From positions 1 through 64,000 of the IMG/VR virus record IMGVR_UViG_3300026478_000749: 64,000 nt of DNA, one strand, 5' to 3'. How positions within the stretch are numbered: the first letter of the stretch is position 1; each line of letters begins with the position of its first letter. A program made the position numbers and the translations under genes. Positions 19,828 through 29,600 of the stretch are shown one piece after another. The DNA is from a virus. The notes beneath the pieces were generated by a model, which worked only from the letters and a program-made list of their open reading frames with translations, did not search any database and was not told where the DNA came from.

Positions 19828-19953
19828 GGTTAAAGATAAATAACTATCTAAAAAGATAAATTAGGATATAAATACGAAAAAATCCAGAAATCTTTGCTGA
19901 AAACAAAGATATTTATTTGATAAGAATAAAATTAATTAACCAAACATTTATCA

Positions 19954-22797
19954 ATGGCAAATTCAAACAGAGTATTCGTTTCTCCAGGTGTGTATACATC
20001 AGAGAAAGATTTAACATTCGTAGCTCAAAGTGTAGGTGTTACAACATTGGGTCTGGTTGGTGAGACTTTGAAAGGTCCAGCATTTGAACCAATTCTAATT
20101 TCAAATTTTGATGAATTTAGAACTTATTTTGGTGGTACTAGCCCCGCAAAAGATGGTGCTGGAAATCCAAAATATGAACTTCCATATGTTGCGAAATCTT
20201 ATTTACAAGAGTCAAACCAATTATTTGTAACCCGTGTATTAGGACTTACTGGATATAAACCAGGCAGAACTTGGGGCATCAAAGCCCTAGGTGGCGTAAC
20301 TCTTGGTTCACTAAGCGGATCAACAGCAGGTATTTCATTAGTACCAACAGCATTAGGCATAACAGGTAGCACAATCTATGCTGAATTATCAGGAAAAACC
20401 TCAACAGAAGGTTCTTCAATTACTGACTACTTGGTAGCAGCAACTAATTCTGGCGGTGTTTACGCGCACAACGAATGGTTCACAATCGGAGAAGTTCCTG
20501 AATCTGCTACTAGCAGTCTTACAGGGGTAGAATTGGTTTCACCAATTGGCTCAAATAACAATAAAGAATGGTACAACGTTTACTACACTAAAACAGGATC
20601 AACTGATTCAACAATTGATGGTGTATATTCATACCTTTTTGTTTACTCAACAGGTACATCAGCTTTCACTGTAACAAGATTTAAGTATAATGCATCATTG
20701 AATACCGATTATCATGATATGCAAGTTTGCCTATTGAGATCTAGAGGTAGCTATATTCAAAACGTATTAACACACAGAGTAACTGGCACAACTGTTAGCG
20801 TTAGTGGATCTGGATTATCAACTAATCCTTTAGCTGACTTTACAATTCAAGTAACTGATATCGATAGTGATGTTAGAACATTTAATTGTTCTTTAGATCA
20901 AACTTCCACAAAGTACCTTACAAAGGTAATTGGTGCAGATGTATTTGATAAAGATAGAATTGAATATCCATTATATGTACACGAAGCATATCCAAACTTA
21001 GTTTCAAATCTTTTTGAACAAGGTTTAATTAGAGGTTTAAGCACAACAGTTGTAAACGCAACTGAAGGTGATAACTTTATGACTCAGTGGGACATGGCCG
21101 GATCTTCAACCATCGTTTCTGAGGTTAGAGGTGGTAAGGTATTTGACCTATTCAGTTTCTTAACAATATCTGATGGTGACGCATCTAACTACGAAGTTAA
21201 AGTAACCGTTCAAAATATTGATTTAGATACAGGCGAATTTGATGTTCTTGTTCGTGATTTCAACGATACAGACGCAAATCAGGTTGTATTAGAAAAATAC
21301 AGCAGATGTACTATGAACCCAGATCTTCCTGGCTATGTTGGTAGAAAGATTGGTACTTCTGATGGCGAATATGAATTAAGATCTAAGTACATTATGTTGG
21401 TTATGGCAGATGATGCTCCAACAGATGCTATCCCAGCTGGTTTCAAAGGTGTAACAACAAAAGCTAACGTTGGTGGTATTCGTTTCAAAACAAAATACTA
21501 CGATGCTGGTGATGTTTTATACTACAATGTAGATGGTACACCTGTAACAACAAATGGTGATAAAGTGAAGAAAGTTACTTTAGGTTTATCTACAGACGAA
21601 CACTTTATTTTTGATAGAGATATGTTCAAATTTAAGGGTACCGATGCAACTGATTCATCTTTTGGTTTCCACTTGTCTGTTAACGCAGCAAATATTACAG
21701 GTACTACTGGTGAAAAATTATTTAAAACAACTTCATACGATTTAGAAGGTACTAATAAAGGTAAATTAGATGGTGTTAACTTCCGCAAATTTACATTACC
21801 AGTATTTGGTGGATTTGATGGTTGGGATATCTACAGAAATGTTAGATCAAACGGAGATGGTTTCATTTTCGGAAAGACAACTTATATAAGCGGACACACA
21901 ACTAATGGTGGTGTATTCAATAGTTTAGTTGGTAATTCAGATTACTACGCATTTTTACAGGGTATTGAAACATTCAAGAATCCTGAAGCTGTTGATATTA
22001 ACATTTTTGCTACACCAGGTATTAACTGGAACGACCATAGCTCACTTGTAAATCAAGCGGTTGATATTATTGAGAATGATAGAGCGGACTCTCTTTATAT
22101 CATCAATGCTCCTAATTTTAGCGGCACAACGGGTGCTAACGAAGTAATTGGTGCTTTAGATGATTTAGGATTCGATTCTAACTACTCAGCAACTTACTGG
22201 CCTTGGATTCAAGTAAGAGATACAGATAACGCTACTCAGCTTTATATTCCACCAACAGGTGAGGTATTAAAGAATATTGCATTAACTGATAATGTATCTT
22301 ACCCATGGTTCGCAGTAGCGGGTTACTCAAGAGGTCTTGTTAACTCAATCAAAGCAACTAAGAAGTTGACTCTTGATGAAAGAGACGAACTTTATAAAGC
22401 AAGAATTAACCCAATTGCAACATTCTCTGATACAGGTACTATTATTTGGGGTAACAAAACGTTACAAGTTAGAGAATCAGCACTTGATAGAATCAACGTA
22501 AGAAGATTGTTATTAAGAGCAAGAAAGTTAATCTCTGCAGTAGCTGTAAGATTATTGTTTGAACAAAATGATGATCAAGTTAGACAAGAGTTCTTAAGAT
22601 TGGTTAACCCAATTCTTGAATCAATTAAGAAAGAAAGAGGTCTTTATGATTTCCGTGTAACAGTATCAAACGATCCAGAAGATATTGATGCTAACACATT
22701 GAGAGGTAAGATTTACATCAAACCTACAAGAGCGTTAGAATTTATTGATGTTGAGTTTATTATTACACCAACAGGAGCTTCTTTTGAGAATATCTAA
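19954..22797 (+). CDS. contractile tail sheath protein
   Basis: FVSPGVYTSEKD N-terminus; YWPWI, WFAVAGYSRG, WGNKTLQ, RINVRRLL, IKPTRALEFI C-terminal domain. Confidence 0.97.
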   Translation: MANSNRVFVSPGVYTSEKDLTFVAQSVGVTTLGLVGETLKGPAFEPILISNFDEFRTYFGGTSPAKDGAGNPKYELPYVAKSYLQESNQLFVTRVLGLTGYKPGRTWGIKALGGVTLGSLSGSTAGISLVPTALGITGSTIYAELSGKTSTEGSSITDYLVAATNSGGVYAHNEWFTIGEVPESATSSLTGVELVSPIGSNNNKEWYNVYYTKTGSTDSTIDGVYSYLFVYSTGTSAFTVTRFKYNASLNTDYHDMQVCLLRSRGSYIQNVLTHRVTGTTVSVSGSGLSTNPLADFTIQVTDIDSDVRTFNCSLDQTSTKYLTKVIGADVFDKDRIEYPLYVHEAYPNLVSNLFEQGLIRGLSTTVVNATEGDNFMTQWDMAGSSTIVSEVRGGKVFDLFSFLTISDGDASNYEVKVTVQNIDLDTGEFDVLVRDFNDTDANQVVLEKYSRCTMNPDLPGYVGRKIGTSDGEYELRSKYIMLVMADDAPTDAIPAGFKGVTTKANVGGIRFKTKYYDAGDVLYYNVDGTPVTTNGDKVKKVTLGLSTDEHFIFDRDMFKFKGTDATDSSFGFHLSVNAANITGTTGEKLFKTTSYDLEGTNKGKLDGVNFRKFTLPVFGGFDGWDIYRNVRSNGDGFIFGKTTYISGHTTNGGVFNSLVGNSDYYAFLQGIETFKNPEAVDINIFATPGINWNDHSSLVNQAVDIIENDRADSLYIINAPNFSGTTGANEVIGALDDLGFDSNYSATYWPWIQVRDTDNATQLYIPPTGEVLKNIALTDNVSYPWFAVAGYSRGLVNSIKATKKLTLDERDELYKARINPIATFSDTGTIIWGNKTLQVRESALDRINVRRLLLRARKLISAVAVRLLFEQNDDQVRQEFLRLVNPILESIKKERGLYDFRVTVSNDPEDIDANTLRGKIYIKPTRALEFIDVEFIITPTGASFENI

Positions 22798-22817
22798 TAG
22801 TCAGAATCTGACTGAAT

Positions 22818-22847
22818 AAGGGGTGGTTTTTAACCATCCCTTTTTTA
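22818..22847 (+). terminator. intrinsic terminator after sheath (possibly bidirectional)
   Basis: AAGGGGTGGTT/AACCATCCCTT stem followed by a T tract. Confidence 0.8.
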
Positions 22848-22978
22848 TTAGTATAAAGTAGTAATTAAAGAATATTAGTACATTGAAAATCAGTACATTA
22901 GAAATAATAGAACATAGAAATATTAGAATAAAGTAAAATAGTACTATTAGAACATTAGTATTTTAGTAACGTAGTAGC
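22848..22978. repeat. non-coding array of ~15 AG(T/A)A units at ~7-9 bp spacing
   Basis: attAGTAcatt, cAGTAcatt, attAGAAat, attAGAAcatt, tttAGTAac etc., all in the same orientation; no ORF. Confidence 0.75.
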
Positions 22979-22981
22979 AAA

Positions 22982-23010
22982 AAGCTAACGATTTTTTTCC
23001 AAAAAGTCAA
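22982..23010 (-). promoter_or_regulatory. sigma70-like promoter pointing into the repeat array
   Basis: Minus strand TTGACT-17 bp-TAGCTT. Confidence 0.6.
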
Positions 23011-23091
23011 GTATTTTGAAAAATAAATTTATTTCTAATATTGATATATTTATAAGGAAAGAAATAAACAAAACAATATAACACAAACACA

Positions 23092-23580
23092 ATGGCAGAT
23101 TTATTAATGAAAATGCCGGTTCCATATGAACCGAAACGTAAAAATAGGTTTATCCTAAGATTTCCATCATCTTTGGGTATCAACGAGTGGTATGTAACAT
23201 CTACATCCCGTCCTAGTGCTAAAATTAATTCAACTGAAATTCCGTTTTTAAATACTTCAACATATGTAGCAGGTAGATTTACCTGGGACCCAATTAAGGT
23301 TACTTTTAAAGATCCAATTGGTCCATCTGCATCCCAAGCATTGATGGAATGGTTCCGTCTTCATGCTGAATCCGTAACTGGTAGAATGGGTTATGCTGCA
23401 GGTTATAAAAAGAACGTAGAACTTGAAATGTTAGATCCAACAGGGGTTGTTGTTGAGAAGTGGATTTTAGAAGGCTGTTTCTTAACAAGTTTAAACTTTG
23501 GTGATCTTAGCTATTCAGAAGATGCTTTAGCTTCAATTGACGCTGAACTAAGAATGGATAGATGTATCCAAGTTTACTAA
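23092..23580 (+). CDS. tail tube protein (T4 gp19-like)
   Basis: YEPKRKNRFIL, YVAGRFTWDPIKVTFKD, LDPTGVVVEKWILEGCF; follows the sheath gene. Confidence 0.92.
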   Translation: MADLLMKMPVPYEPKRKNRFILRFPSSLGINEWYVTSTSRPSAKINSTEIPFLNTSTYVAGRFTWDPIKVTFKDPIGPSASQALMEWFRLHAESVTGRMGYAAGYKKNVELEMLDPTGVVVEKWILEGCFLTSLNFGDLSYSEDALASIDAELRMDRCIQVY

Positions 23581-23601
23581 TATTCAAATAGTTTTATTTA
23601 T

Positions 23602-23640
23602 AATCCCATATTCGTAAAAAACGGATGTGGGATTTTTATT
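23602..23640 (+). terminator. intrinsic terminator after tube gene
   Basis: AATCCCATATTCGT/ACGGATGTGGGATT stem plus T tract. Confidence 0.8.
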
Positions 23641-23668
23641 TAATTGATAATCAATTAATTATATCAAG

Positions 23669-23684
23669 TGTTCCACGTGAAACG
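23669..23684. promoter_or_regulatory. parS-like centromere site
   Basis: TGTTCCACGTGAAACG, a 15/16 match to the bacterial chromosomal parS consensus TGTTNCACGTGAAACA; intergenic. Confidence 0.75.
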
Positions 23685-23692
23685 CTGGTCTA

Positions 23693-23721
23693 TTGATTTT
23701 TAATTATTTTATAGTTATATT
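23693..23721 (+). promoter_or_regulatory. sigma70-like promoter of the tail chaperone, adjacent to parS
   Basis: TTGATT-17 bp-TATATT. Confidence 0.6.
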
Positions 23722-23745
23722 AAAAGAAAAGAATTCAATACTATT

Positions 23746-24486
23746 ATGGAAAATATTAACCCAATGGTTGCGTATGATGTTGTTCAACTACCTTCTCAAG
23801 GTGTACATTATTCCAACGGAAAAAAATCATTAAGAGTTGCATACCTAACCGCATCAGACGAAAATATTTTAATGTCTCCAAACTTGATTCAATCTGAAAC
23901 GGTTGTGGATGAATTATTAAAAAGAAAAATTTTAGATAAAGATATTTCTTTTGACGAGATTGTAGAAGAAGACAGACAAGCAATATTAATATTTTTAAGA
24001 AATACTGCATTTGGAACTGAGTATACTGTAACAATTACTGACCCAGGAACAAAAAAACAATTTGAAGCAGTAGTGGATTTATCTGTTTTAAAGGTTAAGG
24101 ATTTTAAATTAACAGCGGATGCTAATGGTGAATATACATTTAGCCTTCCAGTATCAAAAAAGAATGTAACTTTTAAGTTTTTATCAAACACACAAGAAAA
24201 AGAATTACAATTAATTAAAGAAACAAGTGGTACAAATGTCGCACCTGTTAATACAAAGAGATTGGAGATGATGATAAAATCAGTAGATGGTCAAAGAGAC
24301 CAAATGGCTATTTATCAATTTATTCAAAATCTACCAATTAAAGATTCTTTAGAATTTAAAAAATTTGTATCAGAAAATAAACCAGGTTTAGACTTAATAG
24401 TAGATGTAATCGCCCCGTCAGGAGAAAAAGTCCCAGTTTTGGTTGACTTTGGGGTGGAATTTTTTCGTCCCTTCTACGGAATATAA
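23746..24486 (+). CDS. tail assembly chaperone / baseplate hub assembly protein (gp26-like)
   Basis: LPSQGVHY, LTASDENIL, DRQAILIFLRNTAFG..Y, ends EFFRP; lies between tube and tape measure. Confidence 0.75.
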   Translation: MENINPMVAYDVVQLPSQGVHYSNGKKSLRVAYLTASDENILMSPNLIQSETVVDELLKRKILDKDISFDEIVEEDRQAILIFLRNTAFGTEYTVTITDPGTKKQFEAVVDLSVLKVKDFKLTADANGEYTFSLPVSKKNVTFKFLSNTQEKELQLIKETSGTNVAPVNTKRLEMMIKSVDGQRDQMAIYQFIQNLPIKDSLEFKKFVSENKPGLDLIVDVIAPSGEKVPVLVDFGVEFFRPFYGI

Positions 24487-24610
24487 AAAAAGTCAAATAG
24501 AAACTATACTATTTCTTGTCTCAAGAGGATTTAGTTATCAAGATATCTTAATCCTGCCAATTCACGAAAGAACAAGCATGATTAATGCTATATTACAAAA
24601 AACTGAATAA
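24458..24610 (+). CDS. frameshift extension of tail chaperone (G-T / gp51-like segment)
   Basis: +1 frame ...STEYKKSQIETILFLVSRGFSYQDILILPIHERTSMINAILQKTE* overlaps the chaperone 3' end and has no upstream ATG. Confidence 0.65.
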   Translation, partial: NFFVPSTEYKKSQIETILFLVSRGFSYQDILILPIHERTSMINAILQKTE

Positions 24611-24640
24611 AACTATTTATAATATTATAGCACTAGTAAT

Positions 24641-26596
24641 ATGGCAGACATAAAAAAAGATTTTTACGACTTTTTAAGAAGTTTAGGTATCGATGATGAT
24701 GATGCAAAAAAAGCATCAGAAAAACACGCTAGTGCGATTGCTGATACAGCAGCCAAAGCCTCTAAATCAACGTCAACAACCTCAAGTGGTGGTAATAGTG
24801 TTGCAAGTGCACTAGGTGCTGCTTTTATAGATCAACAAGCTCAAACCTTAGCTAGAATTAATACAGAAACTGGTAAAAAAATACTCAATACTGTAAAGGG
24901 GATGGCGACATTTAATCCTTTAGAATTAATATCAACGGTTTTCGATGCTGGACTTGCAACAACCGAGGTTTTGTTAGGGGATATAGCTAAATTAAATGCT
25001 GAATTATTAGAAAAAACAAGGGGTGCTGGTGGGTATGTCGGCAGAATTGCAACCGAAATGATGGATACAACCAGATTCGCTATGATTGAAGCTCAGCGAT
25101 TTGGTGTTACAACAAACGAAACAATAAGCGCTGTTGAGTCTTTAATGGTTAATTCTGAGAGAATGGCAACATATAATGACAAGACCATATCAAATAGCAT
25201 GGTTGCGTCGTTAGCATTCACAAAGAATTCAAAAACAATATTAGAGAACGCTGAAAATTTTAGAAATGTTGGTATTGGCCTCGATGGTGCTGCAAAATCT
25301 ATTGAACAAATTGGTTCAAGATCAATAAAATTAGGTCTTAGTGCAAAAGCTACATCAGAAACCTTAATAAGCCAACTCGGTAAACTAAACGCATTTGGAT
25401 TCCAAAACGGAATAGCTGGTTTGGGTAAAATGGTTCAAGAAGCTCAAGCTTTAAAAATAAACATGGAAAGTATTTTTACCGTTGCAGATAAATTATATGA
25501 TCCAGAAAGTGCAATAAATTTAGCCGCTAATTTACAAGTTGTTGGTGGCGCCGTTGGCGATTTAGCAGACCCAATTAAACTAATGTATGATGCAACAAAT
25601 AATGTTGAATCGTTACAAACAAGTATTATTGGTGCAGCAAGAAGCTTAGCAACATACAATGCAGAACAAGGAAGATTTGAAGTAAGTGGAGCGAATTTAA
25701 GAAGAGCTAAAGCTATGGCAGATTCATTGGGTATATCAATGGGCGAGCTAACAAATATGGCAGTTAAAGGAGCCGCTAAATTTGAAGCAATGAGCGAATT
25801 GAATATGTTCCCATCATTAACAGATGACCAAAGAGAATTTGTTTCAAATATTGCAACAATAAAAGATGGAAAAGTTGGTTTCGATATACCTAAAAATATG
25901 GTTCAACAGATGGGTCTAACCAACGTTAAAGATGGATTTGTTAGTTTGAGTGATTTAACAGATAAACAACTAGCAGAATTACAGGATTTACAGAAAAAAG
26001 CTGCAGATGAAAAGCCAATAGATATTGCTAGAAACCAATTTAATGAAACAACAAAAATATTAAACGTAGCAACAGCAATTTACTTAAGATTAATGGAGGA
26101 TGTGAGAAGTGGACCGGCTGGGGATGCTGCAGCTAATTTAATGAAGAAGGCAGTCGATTTTACTGAAAATATTAACCCAACACAAAATAATACCGCTCAA
26201 ACAGTTAGACAAGTATATGGTGAGGCTACAGGAGCTGCTGGTGAAGCTTTAGATAAAATAATAGATAAGGTAAAAGGAGGAATGCCAAAAGAGGTACAAG
26301 AAACAATTAACTATCTAGAAACAAAACTAAGTGATATAACTAAAGATTTGAATATTCAGGAAAAAGCAACTGAGGTCCTAGAAAAAGCAAAAGAGTTAAT
26401 CGAAAGAGGTATAGAAAAAGGTAAAGATGCTTATGAGAATTTAAAGGGCTTTACAGGCGCCGTAGACATTAAAGTGGATATAAACAGTAATAGCACACAA
26501 TTAGCGGGTATTGTTGTGGATGAATTATCTAAAAATCCACAAATGAGAGCTGAATTTGTTTCTAATATCGTTAAGAGCACTAAAACATTTGCATAG
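24641..26596 (+). CDS. tape measure protein
   Basis: Ala-rich helical 651-aa protein directly after the tube and chaperone genes. Confidence 0.75.
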   Translation: MADIKKDFYDFLRSLGIDDDDAKKASEKHASAIADTAAKASKSTSTTSSGGNSVASALGAAFIDQQAQTLARINTETGKKILNTVKGMATFNPLELISTVFDAGLATTEVLLGDIAKLNAELLEKTRGAGGYVGRIATEMMDTTRFAMIEAQRFGVTTNETISAVESLMVNSERMATYNDKTISNSMVASLAFTKNSKTILENAENFRNVGIGLDGAAKSIEQIGSRSIKLGLSAKATSETLISQLGKLNAFGFQNGIAGLGKMVQEAQALKINMESIFTVADKLYDPESAINLAANLQVVGGAVGDLADPIKLMYDATNNVESLQTSIIGAARSLATYNAEQGRFEVSGANLRRAKAMADSLGISMGELTNMAVKGAAKFEAMSELNMFPSLTDDQREFVSNIATIKDGKVGFDIPKNMVQQMGLTNVKDGFVSLSDLTDKQLAELQDLQKKAADEKPIDIARNQFNETTKILNVATAIYLRLMEDVRSGPAGDAAANLMKKAVDFTENINPTQNNTAQTVRQVYGEATGAAGEALDKIIDKVKGGMPKEVQETINYLETKLSDITKDLNIQEKATEVLEKAKELIERGIEKGKDAYENLKGFTGAVDIKVDINSNSTQLAGIVVDELSKNPQMRAEFVSNIVKSTKTFA

Positions 26597-26635
26597 TAAA
26601 ATAATAAATTATCTATTTATTAGATAAAAGAATAG

Positions 26636-29600
26636 ATGCCAAGTTATTTAGATTTTAATTCTACAAAAAAACTTAGAGATGAGTTATTAGCCAAGACCCT
26701 ACAAAAACCAAACGGGCCTCAAACTTTTAACACGTCTAATTATTCTATTCAAAATACCAGAAATATTGCTAATAGAGATTTAGGAGATGTGACATTAAAC
26801 GATGACACATCTAGAGCCGCTCAATTAGTTTCAACAGATAGTAGTAATAGATTCGGACCCGAAAACAGTCAATACGAAGTTTTAGAAAATACAAGAATTT
26901 TAATTGATCCGGCTGGTAATATAGGTTTGTATCCTTATTTTCCAATAGCTGACAGTATATTAGGTAGAAGTCTTATTGGGGCTTTAAATTCTGGTAATTA
27001 CGAGTTTGAATCAACATTAGCAAAATTTGCTAACTATCATTTAACCGAGTCGCCAGATGGTCCAGTTCAATCTAGAATTAGACAAAATTTAAAAACAGCC
27101 ACAGAAGGTAGAGCAAGAATATTAGATGCGGTTAATGGTAACTTATCATCCGCAATTAATATTATAAGAGGTAGAGAAAGATTAATTGAAAAAAATTATA
27201 AGATTACTGTTGCAAAAACCATACCTGGTAAAGCAATAGATTTTTTACAAACAGTTTCTGGTATAGAATTTCCATGGTCAGAAATACCTGGTGATTATTT
27301 AACAAATCCAGCAAATCCTATTGTAAACAGACCAGTACCTAAAACTGAATTAGGAAAAATATTTCAAGATGCTACTGGTGTATTAGGTTCATTATTAGGA
27401 ATACAAAGAAGGCCAACACCAAGTAGAAAACCATCAGATTTAATGATTGAATATTTGAGTGATGGTCAAAAAGATGTTTTATTTGATAATTTATCTTTTT
27501 CAACCTATGCACCAAATTATACAACTAGAGCTAGGTCACAAAACACAAGTAAATTATTCAACTTTGTTGATAGTGTTGCTACCGGCATAAATAAAGTATT
27601 AGGTAGAGAGGCTCCTGAAGGTAAAGCATATATTGGTGATGATAGAGGTGATGACATTAAAAATGTTTTAGAAGATTTCAACCAAAACAAAGTATTAAGT
27701 CCATATTATCTTTCATATAAATTTGATTCAAAGGCAGCGGAATTATTTTCTAACGAAAAAAATATTTCAGAAAGAGGAACTATTCCAGGAAAACTAACTT
27801 GGTTTAGTATTAATTCAAAAAATAGATTAGGGGCTAACAATACTGAGTATTCATCAGAAAGAGGTGTTTTTGAAGATAGCCTATCAACAAAACACGAATT
27901 CAGAGACGATTCAATACTTGGTAAAACACAACAATTATTAAATTCATTACCAAAGAATGGTGGTGAATCTAGATCACATGTTGCAAATGTTATTGATCAA
28001 ACATCAAGAGTTTTCAGAGAAGGTACTAAATTAATATCAAGAGGTTCAGCAATAGCATATGTTGATAAAGCAACAGGTGTACAAGATGGTACTGAATATT
28101 GTAGAGTTTGGACAAAAGATAGAGCTTATATGAACTATAGCGATACTATGAAAAAAACTGGAACGATTAGAAAAATCGAAGACAGTGTTATGAGTACGCC
28201 ATGGAATTTAAACATAGCACCAATGTCAAATGGTAATAGATCTTTTGTTGGATCTACTAACATAGATGGTATAGAAGGTAAAGCTAAAAAATATATGTTT
28301 TCTATCGAGAATTTAGCATGGAAAACATCAAATAAATTTGGATATACTGTTAACGATTTACCAATATGTGAAAGAGGAGCAACCGGCGGTCGTGTTATGT
28401 GGTTTCCTCCATATGATTTAAAGGTAAACGAAACTAATACAGCTAACTGGGATAAAAATAATTTTTTAGGTAGACCAGAACCAATATACACGTATCAAAA
28501 TACAGAAAGAACAGGTACTATATCTTTTAAAGTTGTTGTTGATCATCCAAGTATTCTTAATTTGTTAATTAAAGAAATTTCTGACGAAGAAGCTGAGAAC
28601 TTTTTAAATTCATTCTTTGCAGGATGTTATGATGTTGATTTTTATACTTTAGTTAGAAAATATATTACGTTAGATCCATCTGATCTTCAATTGATAATGT
28701 CTTATCTTGAGTATTATAGAAAAGATTCAAGCGGAAATTTTAAAAGAGAAGATACAACGACATCTCTTGAATTTAATAATGTTGCTGGAGAAGTAATAGT
28801 AAAACCAGGAAGAGAAGAACCTATTGAAAGTCCAGCCGCTGATGGTAGAAATACCTTTGGACAAGTTTTGGCTGATAAAATTATTTATTTCCCTAATGAT
28901 ATCCCTGGTCCAAAAACTAACATTTATGTTGACGCTAAAAGTCAATCATATGATTTAGTATACAATGATTACATTAAAGATAAGGAAAACTTTAAAAATC
29001 AATTAGCTAGTGGACTTAATACTATCTTAACTGTCGATACAAAAGATAATAGAGCAGATAGAGTTGTTATATTTGGAACAGAAGATCCAACAAGCGGAGG
29101 CACAATTTCAATTCAAACATTAATAAATGATAAAAAGGGTTTAATTGATACTGCTTTTACAGAATTACAAACTAACTTTGGTGTAATAAGTGGAGCAACA
29201 GCAACACTTAAATCGGAATTAGAGAAAAAGAATATAAAACAAATAAAACTAACTATCGAGTCGTCAACATCATTTGTTGCGGATGATTCATACAATATTA
29301 AACTTTCACATAGAAGATCTGATAGTTTAATAAAATATATATTAAAGTCAATTTCAAAAGATTCAAATACAATACCAGAGTACAAATGGGATAAAACAAT
29401 TGACCAATTAAATACAGATACAGCACAAACTAATCAAACAATAACAATAGACCTTAAAAAATTAGGTTATGGTGAAGACATTGAAGGTTCTATGGTTGTT
29501 GATTTTATTAACAAGGGTGAGAAAGCGACAGCAAGTGGCCCGGAAACATATGATTGTACCGGTAAAGAAATTAAAAATAAAACTGGTTTAAAAAAATACG

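Noticed and set aside
22848-22978. CRISPR array or small membrane-protein ORF
   Set aside because: Units are only about 8 bp with no spacers, and the open minus-strand frame has no start codon
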